Assembly: GCF_001194135.2 (NCBI RefSeq)
Contig: NC_068986.1
Location: 56,326,975 to 56,390,974, forward strand
Reading direction: 5' to 3'
Source of the DNA: Octopus bimaculoides
Lineage: Eukaryota
Length of the DNA: 64,000 bases
Numbering within the stretch: position 1 is the first letter of the stretch; each line of letters starts with the position of its first letter. A program made the position numbers and the translations under genes. The notes beneath the pieces are model-generated. The model had not been told where the DNA came from and searched no databases. It saw nothing but the letters and a program-made list of their open reading frames with translations. Below, in pieces: positions 63,662 through 64,000 of the stretch.

Positions 63662-64000
63662 TGAGAGTAGGCTAAAAAGTTCATAGGCTGACCATGATGC
63701 AATGGTTGATCTTGACCAATTGTTTTATTTTTCAACACAGTCTCCCCTGTGATCCATAGGCTTCTTCCATCAGTTTTGCAGCACTTGGATTCCCGTGGTA
63801 TAGAAGCTCTCATCCTGATCCTCAAAAAAGTCAACAGTAGATATGACCTCATCACTGGTCCGATACTGCTTCCCAGCCAAGTGCTCTTCATGTTGAGGAA
63901 CAGAAAACAGATGGTGACAAATCTGGAGATTATGGAGGGTGATCAACCAGTTCAAAGCCACAGTTGCACACAACAGCCATTGCAATCACAGACTTGTGTG
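63662..64000 (-). mobile_element. Mariner element, 3' end (runs off the window)
   Basis: TIR TA|TGAGAGTAGGCTAAAAAGTTCATAGGCTGAC; - strand GFELVDHPP*SPDLSPS (HPPYSPDLAPSD) and EHLAGKQYRTSDEVISTV..FYTTGIQVL. Confidence 0.88.

Overview
This is eukaryotic, AT-rich, repeat-dense genomic DNA with 8 N-gaps. The repeat families and LINE tails look like a coleoid cephalopod, probably Octopus (inference). The window holds the 3' three-quarters of a + strand MELK (maternal embryonic leucine zipper kinase) gene. I reconstructed 12 coding exons by hand (1..50842, about 1.36 kb of visible CDS; all visible splice sites are GT-AG and phase-compatible). They cover the kinase C-half, UBA, linker and KA1 domains; most are missed or mis-framed by the ORF track, and one exon begins inside an assembly gap. 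The introns and downstream region are packed with tRNA-derived SINEs, RTE and CR1/L2-like LINE remnants, a full-length decayed Buster/Charlie-type hAT transposon with a perfect 8-bp TSD, piggyBac-like MITEs, Tigger, Tc1 and mariner remnants, and microsatellites. I found no CRISPR array, rRNA, true tRNA gene or prokaryote-type system. The best leads are: (i) a Cys-to-Pro change in the MELK activation loop, which removes a partner of the human C154-C168 disulfide and creates a T-P site; (ii) a perfect splice donor fused to the stop codon, with a candidate distant 3'UTR exon; (iii) several hairpins and inverted repeats that could be pre-miRNAs or ADAR substrates; and (iv) an unclassified ~200-bp repeat that forms head-to-tail arrays. 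All alignments were done by eye; no database was searched.
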